From assembly GCA_038087875.1 (NCBI GenBank), contig CM075987.1:14260001-14324000 (forward strand): 64,000 nt of DNA. Reading direction: 5' to 3'. The stretch is from Malacoraja senta. Lineage: Eukaryota. Position 1 is the stretch's first letter. Every line of letters begins with the position of its first letter. Positions 40,140 through 53,262 of the stretch are shown here, piece by piece. Both the position numbers and the translations under genes were made by a program. Below the pieces are notes generated by a model. The model had not been told where the DNA came from, did no database searches, and saw only the letters and a list, made by a program, of their open reading frames with translations.

Positions 40140-40145
40140 AATAAA
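40140..40145 (+). promoter_or_regulatory. Candidate distal poly(A) signal of RAPGEF1
   Basis: AATAAA after a T-run, where composition switches from T-rich to A-rich. Confidence 0.45.
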
Positions 40146-43100
40146 AGCTAACATTCATGTTTACAGTGCATGCAGACTGCAGATTAAAGACAATCAAATT
40201 CAGTGGGAACCTGGTGCCTCTTCATTTTACAGAAGTGCAGTACTGTATCCTGAAGAAAAACGTTTGGATACTTGTTTTCATTTGGGACAGGATTACTCAT
40301 TTTGGCTTGCAACTTTAACTGGCCCCATGTAATTTCTCCTTCCTGTGCTCTCGGTACCAAAGTGTCTAAACACTGCAAGGGAGAACATTTAACATGTTCA
40401 GCAACCAACAAAGAACTACACACTTGAGTAAGCTTAGGCCATTAGTAAACTAAACTCCATATCTTTTAAATTAACATGTCACACTAACTAGTAATGCATT
40501 ATGTTCAAGCAACTTAACCATATGCACAAAAGCAAAGACGCTTTGAAACAACTTGCAATGACAGCAATGTTCAAGTTCAAAATCAGTTGTACATGTTTTG
40601 AAACATGGTACTTTCATATGCAGCTATCAAGTTTCTAAAGGTAACAAATGTGTATTCCATACACAATTGGGGAACATTCAGATAACAGTAAAGATAAACA
40701 AATTGAAAATAACTAAATTTTAAATTACTGGATATTGTTCAATCCATAAAGGAAACAGTGGTATAGTCCAGAAAACTCTAGACCAGTTAGCCAAATAACA
40801 GAAGGTAGCAATGCAAATTAAATCTAGCATTACGAAAAAATTGAAACATGATAGTGTCAGTGTTGCTAATGATAAAGGCAAATCACTCTGTTCAATACAA
40901 AGCCTGTGATTTGGTAGAAGAGCTCTACAGAGAATTTCTACTGGCAGGGAATATAGAATCAGGCTCCAGATGCAGCGTGGCAATTAAAATCCATAGTAGT
41001 TAATGCGAGATGCAGAAGCTTAAACAAAATTTAGATTAATTAAAGTAAGAAGGGTGCAGAGCAGAAATATCACTTTAGTTCATGCTGTTTCTTGAGAAAT
41101 AATTTTGAGAAAATTCAAAAAGCAGTACAGGGAAAGCTAAAATCAACAATGTTAAAGTACAAAAATACTTATATCAATGATGCAATAAATGAACATATTG
41201 ATGTATGTCAATTTATTCATGAATTTAAACTACCTGAAGTTCAATTTCTATTCTATTGTGTAAAGAAAGCAGGACAGTCCAACACACAATACAAATCTTT
41301 GCTAGAATGTGGTAATGCTGGAACTTGTATTTACATGATTTTTAAAAAAGCAACTTGCATGCAGGTCCAAACAAGCTTTAAATAATCCTTCAATGTCTTT
41401 ATCAGACCCCAAAAACACTTGAATAAGGGCACTACTTAGGTTTAAAAACATTTACAAACTAGATGAACCAAAAGGTATATGCAATTCTCTACAATGATTT
41501 CTGTTATTAACATTATCGATGAATTAGTCTTTTAATCTGTAAAAAAACAAATCTGAGCTTATCATCCACCTCAGTTCAAATCAACTTGTCCTCTTGACAG
41601 TTATGACCTGTTAACTTTATACAGCTTTTTCCCCATGGTTCTTAAATGTACTTCGTAGAGATTTAGGTTTTTATAGAAAAATTAAAGTATGAACAATTTA
41701 AAATAAAATCAGGCAGGACTGATTGAATTTGATACTGCATTGTTTAGCATCAACTGCTGCCTTTACTTAACTTGCTGACTATTTTCATACCTTTTTGCCA
41801 TTATTGGGAATACATATTTTAATTTAAACTGTAAATCAGTGTTTCTTTTACCCAGTTTTTTTAAAGTAAACAATCCCCTTGATTTCCATTACACTGTTTT
41901 GGAAAATCTCAGAAGACAATTTTACCCATGACAGCATTAAGACACAAATCCCAAACCTGACGGCGCCAAACTTTTAGTTATTATTATGCATACTCTGTCA
42001 AGATTGCAATGATTAGTCAAGCCTTAAAACTAACTTAGATATGCTATCAACAAAGGTGACTGTCAAAAACATTTCCAGGCAATAATCAGCAATAGAATAG
42101 TGAAATATTTAGTTTTGCTGGAGTGCAAGGTTTTTTTCCCCATGTAACTGAAAACTGCAATGCATAAGCTCCAAGTAATAGTGCAAATTGATTAAGTATC
42201 GAGCACCAGTATTAACCAATTTCCTATATCTATCAAACAAAACATGACACAAGAAAAAAAAGTCTGACACTAAATGGAGGTCAATTAAATGTATAATTTC
42301 ACACTATGTTGTAGGTGAAATTAAACAGATTTTGACTAAAGTTTTCTGTGAAAATACTTAAGTACAAATTTTCAATACTGTGCATGGCAGTAAATTAGGC
42401 AGTGAAAGAAAACAAAAGTCCATGTAGTCCAAATCTAATGTAAACCAACCGTCCTTGAAAGAGCACATTATTGAGTTTACAGCAGTTAATCTGGGTATCT
42501 ATGGTTTAGCCGTAAATCAAGAGCCACCTCAGAATGGTTTTACCAATTGAGTTACAACACACATGGCAATTTCATGGATAGAGATTATGACATGCATCCT
42601 TGAATCAAACCGTCTTTTACTAAATACATGATCATTGGGCAGATGTAAAATTCTACAATAATGATTTGTTTCCAAAGTTTTCACTAATATTTTGACATTT
42701 CTTTGCAGAATCTGGTTTAGTCACAAAGTCTTTTTTTTTCTCTTTATTTTGGGGACCGCAAACTTTTCTAAAATATTTAGCAAGTGCTTTGGAATTTACA
42801 TTCAATAGCACTTTCCAATGGTGAATAATTATAAGATGGGAGGATGTCATGAAATATTTTTTAAACGGCTTGAATATCTTGGCATCTCACAGTCAGCAAA
42901 CCACCCCCACTATTCTATCCATTAAATACAAATCATGTCAAACCATTTGGTGAAACTGGAAGCCCAGGCTGATAAACAACTATAATATTGTTAGAACATA
43001 ATTAACCTCAAAATAAGATTTTTTTTCAATGGCAATCTTAGCCAATGCTCAAGCAAAATTACATTTACCTTTAGGTAACGTTTGTGTATAATCTTCCCTA

Positions 43101-44151
43101 GTAAAGTAATCACCAATATCAACTGATACATTATTCTCATTTTAGAGCCTGCCGAGAAGACATTGTCCATGGTTGCTTCTAATCATCATCAATTATTGCA
43201 AAAACTCTCAATGAAAATGAGAGCACCTTTTACAAGAATATTCAAAGCCTTTTTTTTAAAAACTTTTTTTTCTGACAAAGAAATATTTCACTTATCTGAA
43301 CCTCAGGACTAACTATTTAAGTGACTAAAATTGCTTTGCCCAAACATGTTTCAACAGCTCTCCTGAAATAGTTTCTGGGATTAGTTCTTCGTTCACTTAG
43401 TTCTCTTTATCAGACTAAAAACAGCAGATAGTAATGAAGACAAAACAGCTGGAAATACACATTCAGGATTCTTTGGTAAGTTTTGCAAGAAAAGCCCAAA
43501 GGCTGAAAAACAGGGCATATAAAATAATAAATAGCTGTAAACTTTAATGGCTCTACCAGACAATCTGGAATGCATTTTCTTGATAGCCAAAAATAAAACA
43601 GTGATGCTCAGAACACAGGTGACCAATTAGGTACCCATCGTTATCACAGTAACTTCCACTGGCTATCTTTCAACTAGGAGGAAGTGTTTTAAATCTAAGT
43701 AAATGGAGTTTAAAGATGCTATATAAAAAATATTATCTAGGAAGCTTTACTCCTACCTTTCCTGCTACAATTTTACAACATTGGAAAAAGTCTCAAGATT
43801 TCTTATCACATGATGTGGATCTCTCACATGTATTGAAGAATGCTTTTGTACAATGTTGTTTAGAAACAGCTGCTATTGATCCTAATAAGCTATCATGTTA
43901 TATTCTGTAACTTAATTCTACCTATCTTTAACTGAGACAAATGGTACATTTAAAAACATACACAAAAATGTGTTTTCAATAATAAATTTAAGTTACCAAT
44001 TGTTCTGTTTCACACACCAATCCATTTTGTCATTTGTATTCACATTAGCTTTGGTCAGTAAAAAGCAAACTGACAGTGACAAATATTGCAATTTAAGTTA
44101 TATTCATTGAGAATGGCAGAGCATTAAAATCTGAGGTTTATTTGCTCCTTA

Positions 44152-44328
44152 TTATCTCTGGATCTGTCGAACAAAGGCCTGGACCAGCTGAATTAAGGGT
44201 TCCTGGCTTTCTGGACACTTGGATGTAGAGCAGGTGGATTTGTTGGAAGGAGACAGCAGTAAGGCTGCAGCAGGAGACGATGGTGCCCCACGACGAGAAT
44301 AGCGAGAAATACTGGACAGAACTGTGCT
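44152..44328 (-). CDS. NUP188: NUP188 last coding exon (STVLSSISRYSRRGAPSSP...QIQR*)
   Basis: tttcAG acceptor, phase 0, TAA at 44154-44152 followed by a second TAA. Confidence 0.95.
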   Translation of the reverse strand, partial: STVLSSISRYSRRGAPSSPAAALLLSPSNKSTCSTSKCPESQEPLIQLVQAFVRQIQR

Positions 44329-44816
44329 CTGAAACAATTTTTAAATGTGAATAAGTGACAGGACATACTTCAACATTTCTTTATATGATCTACATATTTT
44401 TCTGCAAGACTGTTTTCTTCTTAAATCTCTACATTGAAACATTAAAGTCAAGAGTAAACATGTTCATCTTTGTATTTGAGTTTCATTACTGAATCCGTAT
44501 TTTAGACGGTGCTATCTCAAGGATCTTTTGGAAAATGAGCATAAATTGGTTTAAATTATTCCTGAGAGATACTGTTCCCAAGTACAGTCAATTTATGGGT
44601 CAGAAGATTTACAAGTTACATCATTAATTTTCAAGATTACAAAAAGACCAAAACTGTACAATTTCTATCGTGCAGATATTTATCCAAGCCCAAATCCAAA
44701 ACAACCAATTATCCTAACCAGATGGTTCTCTCAGTATATATTTAATGATTTCTTCTGCCTGTATACCATTTTCTGCACAGCTTGAAACTGGATAAAATAC
44801 AACAGTAGAATGAATA

Positions 44817-46136
44817 CAGTGCATTCAGAAAGTATTCAGACCCCTTCACTTTTTCCACATTTTGCTACATTACAGCCTAAAATGCATTAAATTCATTTTT
44901 TAAATCACCAATCTACACACAATACCCCAAAATAAAAAAGCAAAAACAGGACATTCACAGACTTGTCACAAAGCCACTTGTGCGTTGTCTTGGCTATGTG
45001 CTTAGGGTCGTTGTCCTGTTGGAAGGTGAAACTCCGCCCCAGTCTGAGGTTCAGAACGCTCTGGAGCAGGTTTTCATCAAGGATATCTCTGTAGTTTGCT
45101 CTGTTCATCTTTCCCTCGATCCTGACTAGTCTCCCAGATCCTGCCGCTGAAAAACATCCCCACAGCATGATGCTGCCACCACCATGCTTCACCGTAGGTA
45201 TGCTATTGGCCAGGCGATGAGCGGTGCCTGGTTTCCTCCAGACGTGATGCTTGGCATTCAGGCCAAGGAGCTCAATCTTGGTTTCACAGACCAGAGAATC
45301 TTGTTTCTCATAGTCGGAGAGTCCTTTAGGTGCCTTTTGGCAAACTCCAAGCGGGCTGTCATGTGCCTTTTACTGAGGAGTGGCTTCCGTGAGGCCACTC
45401 TTACCATAAAGGCCTGATTGGTGGAGTGCTGCAGATATAGTTGTCCTTCTGGAAGGTTCTCCCATCTCCACAGAGGAACTCTGGAGCTTTGTCAGAGTGA
45501 CCATCGGGTTCTTGGTCACCTCCCTGACCAAGGCCCTTCTCCCCTGACTGCTCAGTTTGGCCGGAGGCCAGCTCTATGAAGAGTCCTGGTGGTTCCAAAG
45601 TTCTTCCATTTAAGAATGACGGATGCCACTGTGCTCTTCAGGACCTGCAATGCTGCAGAAATTGTTTTATACCCTTCCCCAGATCTGTGTCTCGACACAA
45701 TCCTGTCTGAGGTCTATGGACAATTCCTTTGTCTTCATGGCTTGGTTTTTGCTCTGACATGCACTGTCAACTGTGGGACCTTATATAGACAGGTGTGTGT
45801 CTTTCCAAATCATGTCCAATCAATTTAATTTACCACTGGTGGACTCAATCAAGTTATAGAAACATCTCAAGGATAATCAGTGGAAACAGGATGAACCTAA
45901 GCTCGATTTTGAGTGTTATAGCAAAGGGTCTGAAATCTTATGTAAATCTGATATTTCAGTTATTTCTTTTTAATTACTTTGCAAAAATTTCTAAACACCT
46001 GTTTTCGCTTATTCATTCTGGGGTATTGTGTGTAGATTGATGATTAAAAAAAAAGAATCTAATCCATTTTAAAATAAGGCTGTAACGTAACAAACTGGAA
46101 AAAGTGAAGGGGTCTGAATACTTTCTGAATGCACTG
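44817..46136 (-). mobile_element. Tc1-family transposon with internal deletion
   Basis: TA flanks; TIR CAGTGCATTCAGAAAGTATTCAGACCCCTTCACTTTTTCCA at both ends; MKTKELS start at 45738; [13 protein letters not shown] and FQQDNDPKH motifs; C-terminal catalytic E region deleted near 44950. Confidence 0.93.
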
Positions 46137-46496
46137 TAGCAATTGTTTTGACTAACAGCCTCAAGCCCTTTGGTGTCCTCTACAGTACAAATTGATAACT
46201 GCAGTTCTTAAATTGTTGTATCAGTAAGATTTTAATCCCCAAATCACCATTTGGAAAAAACACAATTGCTGACCAGGACACTGGAATAATTTAACTTGAC
46301 TGATCAGGGGACTCAACGGAATTACAATGTCTAGGATTCAAGAAATGTTATTTTAAAATCAAACTGACTATTAGGATTGAACTATAACCTCAAATACTTA
46401 AAAATACAAAAGAAAACGAGAGGAACGACAATGAAATATGAAAATCAGTTGTACAATGGCTAGTCAGTGCAGTGGTTCACATGAAACTTCAGTTAC

Positions 46497-46626
46497 CAGT
46501 TCCGAGCTCAGCTCCTGCTTCATCCTCTGCTTGTCCCGCGAGTGCACAGATGGATCCTTCAGATACCGCACCGCTTGTGAAATCAATGCATAGAAACAAT
46601 TTTCCATCGTGAACCTCAAAAGGGCC
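46497..46626 (-). CDS. NUP188: NUP188 exon (ALLRFTMENCFYALISQAVRYLKDPSVHSRDKQRMKQELSSEL)
   Basis: AG/GT, phase 2/0, conserved peptide. Confidence 0.95.
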
Positions 46627-47032
46627 CTTCAAAATAAATGGAAACAGTTAACTTTATTAGGAAAGGGATCAATGGAACTTCCCTGCTCGAGGCTACTAAT
46701 AAAATCAAGAAATTCAACCATTAAAATTGCACTAGCTAATCTTAACATTGTTAAAGCCAACCAAATGAAGGGTAGAAGTTTGTTCAAGATGAGTAGACAA
46801 AGACTGTAATTGGAAAATTTGATTTTGAAATAACAAAAGAGCTTGGATTTATATTATGTCCCTCATAGGTTGCTGAAGAGGTTTTGTTACTTGCAATTTA
46901 ACAAAGCAAAACAGTCAATTTGCATTGAGAGAGATAAATGAACAGTTAATCTGTTGGTTAAATGACATGTAGCAGGACAATGGATGATCTTTCTTTTTCT
47001 CAACCAAAACAGGACATCAGACAATGTAACTC

Positions 47033-47278
47033 TTGGTTTAAGAAGGAACTGCAGATGCTGGAAAATCGAAGGTAGACAAAAGTGCTGGAGAAACTCAGGG
47101 GGTGCAGCAGCATCTATGGAGCGAAGGAAATTGGCAATGTTTCGGGCCGAAACCCTTCTTCAGACTGATGTGGGGGGTGGGGGGTCGGGGAGAAGAAAGG
47201 AGAAAGGAAGAGGAGCCGGAGGGCTGAGAAGGGGAGGAGACAGCAAGGGCTACCGGAAATTGGAGAGGTCAATGTTCA
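47033..47278 (-). mobile_element. Penelope-derived terminal repeat
   Basis: Family sequence; flanking direct repeat ATGTAACTC. Confidence 0.75.
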
Positions 47279-48475
47279 TGTAACTCAGTACAACAATGGA
47301 ATATTAGCCCGGCTGTGGTTCTCAAATCATAGAGCAATGCTACAAGCTATAAACATTTGATTGCCACACAAGGACTAAATTAGGGCAGGTCTATAAAAAT
47401 AATCAAGATAACTGATATGTAGATTTTATTTTTTTGTATGGTGGGCTGATTTTTAATAAATGTTGAAAACACTCCAAGAATGATTAATCCGTAAAACTTT
47501 CAGCAATTACAAACTTTGCAGCAAACTATAGAACAGCCGGTATAGATTAAATTACTCTCCCCAATCATAGAATCTGGCTCTCTGACAAATATTTTGAGCT
47601 ATACCACACGTGTGGTCTGAGAACTACAGAAAAATCTTAAACCTCCAGACTTACGATACCATGGAAACAAATTCATCCATTCATTATACTTTGCTCATAG
47701 CATAAAACGATACAATTAACAATACAACACAATCACAAATATTGCCAGTTACAGCATGGCATATATTTCATTATACCTTTGTCAATGGCAGCTTATGCAG
47801 CCTCATGGACCTCTTATTCTTGGCCACAACAGTTAAATTATATCTTTAGGCATTTCAGGTATGTTTCTCTTGGGCACTGAAGCCATCTTTACCAACAACC
47901 ACAACTCCTTCCAACTACCAATGGTGTGCTTGTGAAAACAACAACAAACTCCCTCAGAACAAAGACCACCACCAACATGAGTAGGTAGGATGTTATGATG
48001 CGCATACAGCTGAGAATCAAGTAGTTTACTACGATTCACCACAGAATTAAAACAAAGCACAACAAATTCCCGGCGACACCATTTATGTTAATTAAAAGCC
48101 ATTTGAGAATCTAAAACAGTTCACACTTTATTATTAAAATTGCTACAGTAAACAGTTTATGGTAACATAAACAACGAAAGCAGAAGTCTGGAGTTCAAAT
48201 TCCACAGTGAAAGATGCAGGACTAAATTCAATAAAGCTACAATTCACTGCTAGCGCCAGAATGAATGACCACATATGCTAAATTGTTGTTTAACAAATCT
48301 GAACTCATTCTTTAGGGAAGTGTATACGGGTACTCCTCTTCAACTGAATACGTGCAAGTTTAACCCACACACTGCAGTCAGTTTTTGAATGCATTTCAAG
48401 TGCCTGAGGAAACCTATTGTTTTAACATAAACTATAGATGGGCACATTTTAAAACATCCTGACTAACATAAGATT

Positions 48476-48930
48476 TAAGTACATAAGAATATTTGGCCCC
48501 TCAAACCGCACTTCACCATTCAACATGATCCTTCTATCTCACTTTTCCAGCTTATGCCTCCTCTAATACCCAGATGTCTACTGATCTCAGTTTTGAATGC
48601 AATCAATGATTGAACCTCTACAACTGACTGGGACAGAGAATTCGAAACATTCACCAAACACTGAGTGAAGAGGCCCTACTTACTCAATCTCTCCACATCT
48701 GACAAACGGGTGCTCAGGAACCCGTCTGGTGAATTTTTGGTGTACTCCAACTATAGCAAGAATATCTTTAAGCATGGAGATTAAAATTGTACACAACATA
48801 CAATGTGTGCTCTCATCAAGGCCATCCCTACCCTTGCAATAAAAGCCATCATAATCTTTCCTTCCTGAAGCTGTAGGCTATTGGTGAACTGCATCTAAGG
48901 ATACCTCGGTCCTTTGAATATCAAAGTTCC
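48476..48930 (-). mobile_element. Old CR1 3' relic
   Basis: Degenerate, deleted homologue of 49150-49890. Confidence 0.6.
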
Positions 48931-49149
48931 CCAATATTTTATTTTCCATTTCTTCTAACTAAAAAAAATCCTCATCTGACCACTTAACTCCAAAAGATGT
49001 CAAATATAAATTTCCCTTTCATAAATCTCTCTCCACCAATCCATCTCTTGTCCTCCATTTTTGTTCCCTGTCACATACACCCACCCTCCCCGAGCCCCCA
49101 ACCTCCCAATTTGTCCCCTCACCCTCCTGGTTCCATTCGCCTACTGTCA

Positions 49150-52100
49150 CATAGATACATAGAAAATAGGTGCAGGAGTAGGCCATTCGGCCCTTCGAGC
49201 CTGCACCGCCATTCAATATGATCATGGCTGATCATCCAACTCAGTATCCCGTACCTGCCTTCTCTCCATACCCCCTGATCCCTTTAGCCACAAGGGCCAC
49301 ATCTAACTCCCTCTTAAATATAGCCAATGAACTGGCCTCAACTACCCTCTGTGGCAGAGAGTTCCAGAGATTCACCACTCTCTGTGTGAAAAAGTTTTTT
49401 CTCATCTCGGTCTTAAAGGATTTCCCCCTTATCCTTAAGCTGTGACCCCTTGTCCTGGACTTCCCCAACATCGGGAACAATCTTCCTGCATCTAGCCTGT
49501 CCAACCCCATAAGAATTTTGTACGTTTCTATAAGATCCCCTCTCAATCTCCTAAATTCTAGCGAGTATAAGCCAAGTCTATCCAGTCTTTCTTCATATGA
49601 AAGTCCTGACATCCCAGGAATCAGTCTGGTGAACCTTCTCTGCACTACCTCTATGGCTATAATGTCCTTCCTCAGATTTGGAGACCAAAACTGTACGCAA
49701 TACTCCAGGTGTGGTCTCACCAAGACCCTGTACAACTGCAGTAGAACCTCCCTGCTCCTATACTCAAATCCTTTTGCTATGAAAGCTAACATACCATTCG
49801 CTTTCTTCACTGCCTGCTGCACCTGCATGCCTACTTTCAATGACTGGTGTACCATGACACCCAGGTCTCGCTGCATCTCCCCTTTTCCTAATCAGCCACC
49901 ATTTAGATAATAGTCTGCTTTCCTGTTTTTGCCACCAAAGTGGATAACCTCACATTTATCCACATTATACTGCATCTGCCAAACATTTGCCCACTCACCC
50001 AGCCTATCCAAGTCACCTTGCAGTCTCCTAGCATCTTCCTCACAGCTAACACTGCCCCCCAGCTTAGTGTCATCCGCAAACTTGGAGATGTTGCCTTCAA
50101 TTCCCTCATCCAGTTCATTAATATAAATTGTAAATAGCTGGGGTCCCAGCACTGAGCCTTGCGGTACCCCACTAGTCACTGCCTGCCATTGTGAAAAGGA
50201 CCCGTTTACTCCTACTCTTTGCTTCCTGTTTGCCAGCCAGTTCTCTATCCACATCAATACTGAACCCCCAATACCGTGTGCTTTAAGTTTGTATACTAAT
50301 CTCTTATGTGGGACCTTGTCGAAAGCCTTCTGATAGTCCAGATACAACACATCCACTGGTTCTCCCCTATCCACTCTACTAGTTACATCCTTGAAAAATT
50401 CTATAAGATTCGTCAGACATGATTTACCTTTCGTAAATCCATGCTGACTTTGTCCAATGATTTCACCACTTTCCAAATGTGCTGCTATCCCATCTTTAAT
50501 AACTGACTCTAGCAGTTTCCCCACTACCGATGTTAGACTAACTGGTCTGTAATTCCCCGTTTTCTCTCTCCCTCCCTTCTTAAAAAGTGGGGTTACGTTT
50601 GCTACCCTCCAATCCTCAGGAACTACTCCAGAATCTAGAGTTTTGAAAAATTATCACTAATGCATCCACTATTTCTGGAGCTACTTCCTTAAGTACTCTG
50701 GGATGCAGCCTATCTGGCCCTGGTGATTTATCGTCCTTTAATCCATTCAATTTACCCAACACCACTTCCCGACTAACCTGGATTTCACTCAGTTCCTCCA
50801 TCTCCTTTGACCCGCGGTCCCCTGCTATTTCCGGCAGATTATTTATGTCTTCCTTAGTGAAGACGGAACCAAAGTAGTTATTCAATTGGTCCGCCATATC
50901 CTTGTTCCCCATGATCAATTCACCTGTTTCTGACTGCAAGGGACCTACATTTGTTTTAACTAATCTCTTTCTCTTCACATATCTATAAAAACTTTTGCAG
51001 TCAGTTTTTATGTTCCCTGCCAGTTTTCTTTCATAATCTATTTTTCCTTTCCTAATTAAGCCCTTTGTCCTCCTCTGCTGGTCTCTGAATTTCTCCCAGT
51101 CCTCTGGTATGCTGCCTTTTCTGGCTAATTTGTACGCATCGTCTTTTGCTTTGATACTATCCCCGATTTCCCTTGTTATCCACGGATGCACTACCTTCCC
51201 TGATTTATTCTTTTGCCAAACTGGGATGAACAATTTTTGTAGTTCATCCATGCAGTCTTTAAATGCCTTCCATTGCATATCCACCGTCAACCCTTTTAGA
51301 ACTAATTGCCAGTCAATCTTGGCCAATTCACGTCTCATACCCTCAAAGTTACCTTTCTTTAAGTTCAGAACCGTTGTTTCTGAATTAACAATGTCACTCT
51401 CCATCCTAATGAAGAACTCAACCATATTATGGTCACTCTTGCCCAAGGGGGCACGCACAACAAGACTGCTAACTAACCCTTCCTCATTACTCAATACCCA
51501 GTCTAGAATAGCCTGCTCTCTCGTTGGTTCCTCTACATGTTGGTTTAGATAACTATCCCGCATACATTCCAAGAAATCCTCTTCCTCAACACCCCTGCCA
51601 ATTTGATTCACCCAATCTATATGTAGATTGAAGTCACCCATTATAGCTGTTTTGCCTTTGTTGCACGCATTTCTAATTTCCTGTTTGATGCCATCCCCAA
51701 CTTCACTACTACTGCTAGGTGGCCTGTACACAACACCCACCAGCGTTTTCTGCCCCTTAGTGTTTCACAGCTCTACCCATACCGATTCCACATCCTCCAA
51801 GCTAATGTCCTTCCTTTCCACTGCGTTAATCTCCTCTCTAACCAGTAACGCTACCCCACCTCCTTTTCCTTTCTCTCTATCCCTCCTGAATATTGAATAT
51901 CCCTGGATGTTCAGCTCCCAGCCTTGGTCACCCTGGAGTCATGTCTCCGTGATCCCAACTATATCATAATCATTAATAGCTATCTGCACGTTCAACTCAT
52001 CCACCTTATTACGAATGCTCCTTGCATTGAGACACAAACCCTTCAGGCTTGTTTTTACAACGCTCTTACCCCTTATACAATTATGTTGAAAAGTGGCCCT

Positions 52101-52160
52101 TTTTGATTTTTGCCCTGGATTTGTCTGCCTGCCACTTTTACTTTTCACCTTGCTACCTAT
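49150..52160 (-). mobile_element. Young CR1 LINE, near-complete ORF2 (APE endonuclease + RT)
   Basis: CLNARSIRNK, VGITET, IMGDFN, SDHN; LDYQKAFDKVPH, GVPQGSVLGP, KFADDTK; only a few disablements; short tandem 3' tail (ctatgtatctatg on -). Confidence 0.95.
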
Positions 52161-52672
52161 TTCATTCACCAGATCCACTCTCCCACCTGGTTCTATCTAC
52201 CCTTCACTTCTCCCCTAATGTCCATTGTCATCTTCCTTATATCATCAAATTCCATACACTGGTCGTCTTTGTACCCCTGCTGATCTCCCTCCAGCAGTTG
52301 TCTCCACCTTCACCCTCTTCCCCTACTTGATATGTTAACTCTGTCTCTATTTCCAAAGACAATGAATATTTCCAGCATTTTCTGTTTTCATAAACAGGGC
52401 TTTACTGCAAGACAATGATACGTAGATAACCGTTTGGATATATCACTTTTGTAGAAGCATCCTAAAAAGAAACAAGTAGATAAAAAGGCAAAGATAATCA
52501 AGGCCCCCAGGGGTAAGTGCGGGGCCTAAAAAAACATTGTGGAAAAGCTTTCCCTATTGTATGATGCTGGCTCTTTGAAACTAACTTTCTTCAATGCTGA
52601 AGCTGATAGTAAAATGTGACACTCTATTAAAGTTAAAAATCTTTAATGAAAACCCATCCGTTTTATTCTTAC

Positions 52673-52746
52673 TTTAAAGATTTTGTCTCTTCAGGTGAAG
52701 TTAGTGGTATCACATTTAACGACATTGGTTCCTTCTTCTTATCGAT
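52673..52746 (-). CDS. NUP188: NUP188 exon (IDKKKEPMSLNVIPLTSPEETKSLK)
   Basis: AG/GTAAGA, phase 0/2, DKKKEP motif. Confidence 0.9.
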
Positions 52747-53262
52747 CTAAATAAAAGAAAATAAAGGTAAGACAAGAACTCTCCATGTCTTTAAAACATA
52801 CAACAGTACACCACAAGAACAAGAACAGGCTTTTCGGCCAGCAATTTCTGTGCCGAATAAGATGCTGACCAATTGTTATTTGCCTGCATATAATCCATAT
52901 CCCTCCATATCAATATGTCTATTCAAAAGTCTCGTAAATGCCACTATCATATCTGTCTCAATCACTCCTGGCAGTGCATTCCAGGCACTCACCATCCTCT
53001 GTGTAAAAGACTAGCCCTGCACATCTCCTTAAAACTTTGCCCCTATCTCGCCTTAAAACCATGCCCTCTAGTAATTGATTTTTGCAACCTGAAAAATAGG
53101 TTGTGTCTACCCTTTCAATGCCTCACATAACTTTATATTCTTATCAGGTCGATCTGCAATCTCTGGCGTTCCAGAAAAAAAAAATCTGTCTGTCCAACCT
53201 CTCCTTGTAGTTAATACCCCCCAATCTGGGTATAGTTCTTGTAAAGTTTCTCTGCACCCTTA

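Larger units (their letters stand above)
34483..40165 (+). other. Probable long RAPGEF1 3' UTR
   Basis: T/TG-rich, free of young TEs; AATAAA near 38660, 39589, 39805 and at 40140-40145; end point inferred. Confidence 0.5.

Noticed and set aside
49518-51969. Plus-strand ORFs of 60-147 aa
   Set aside because: Antisense shadows of the CR1 ORF2
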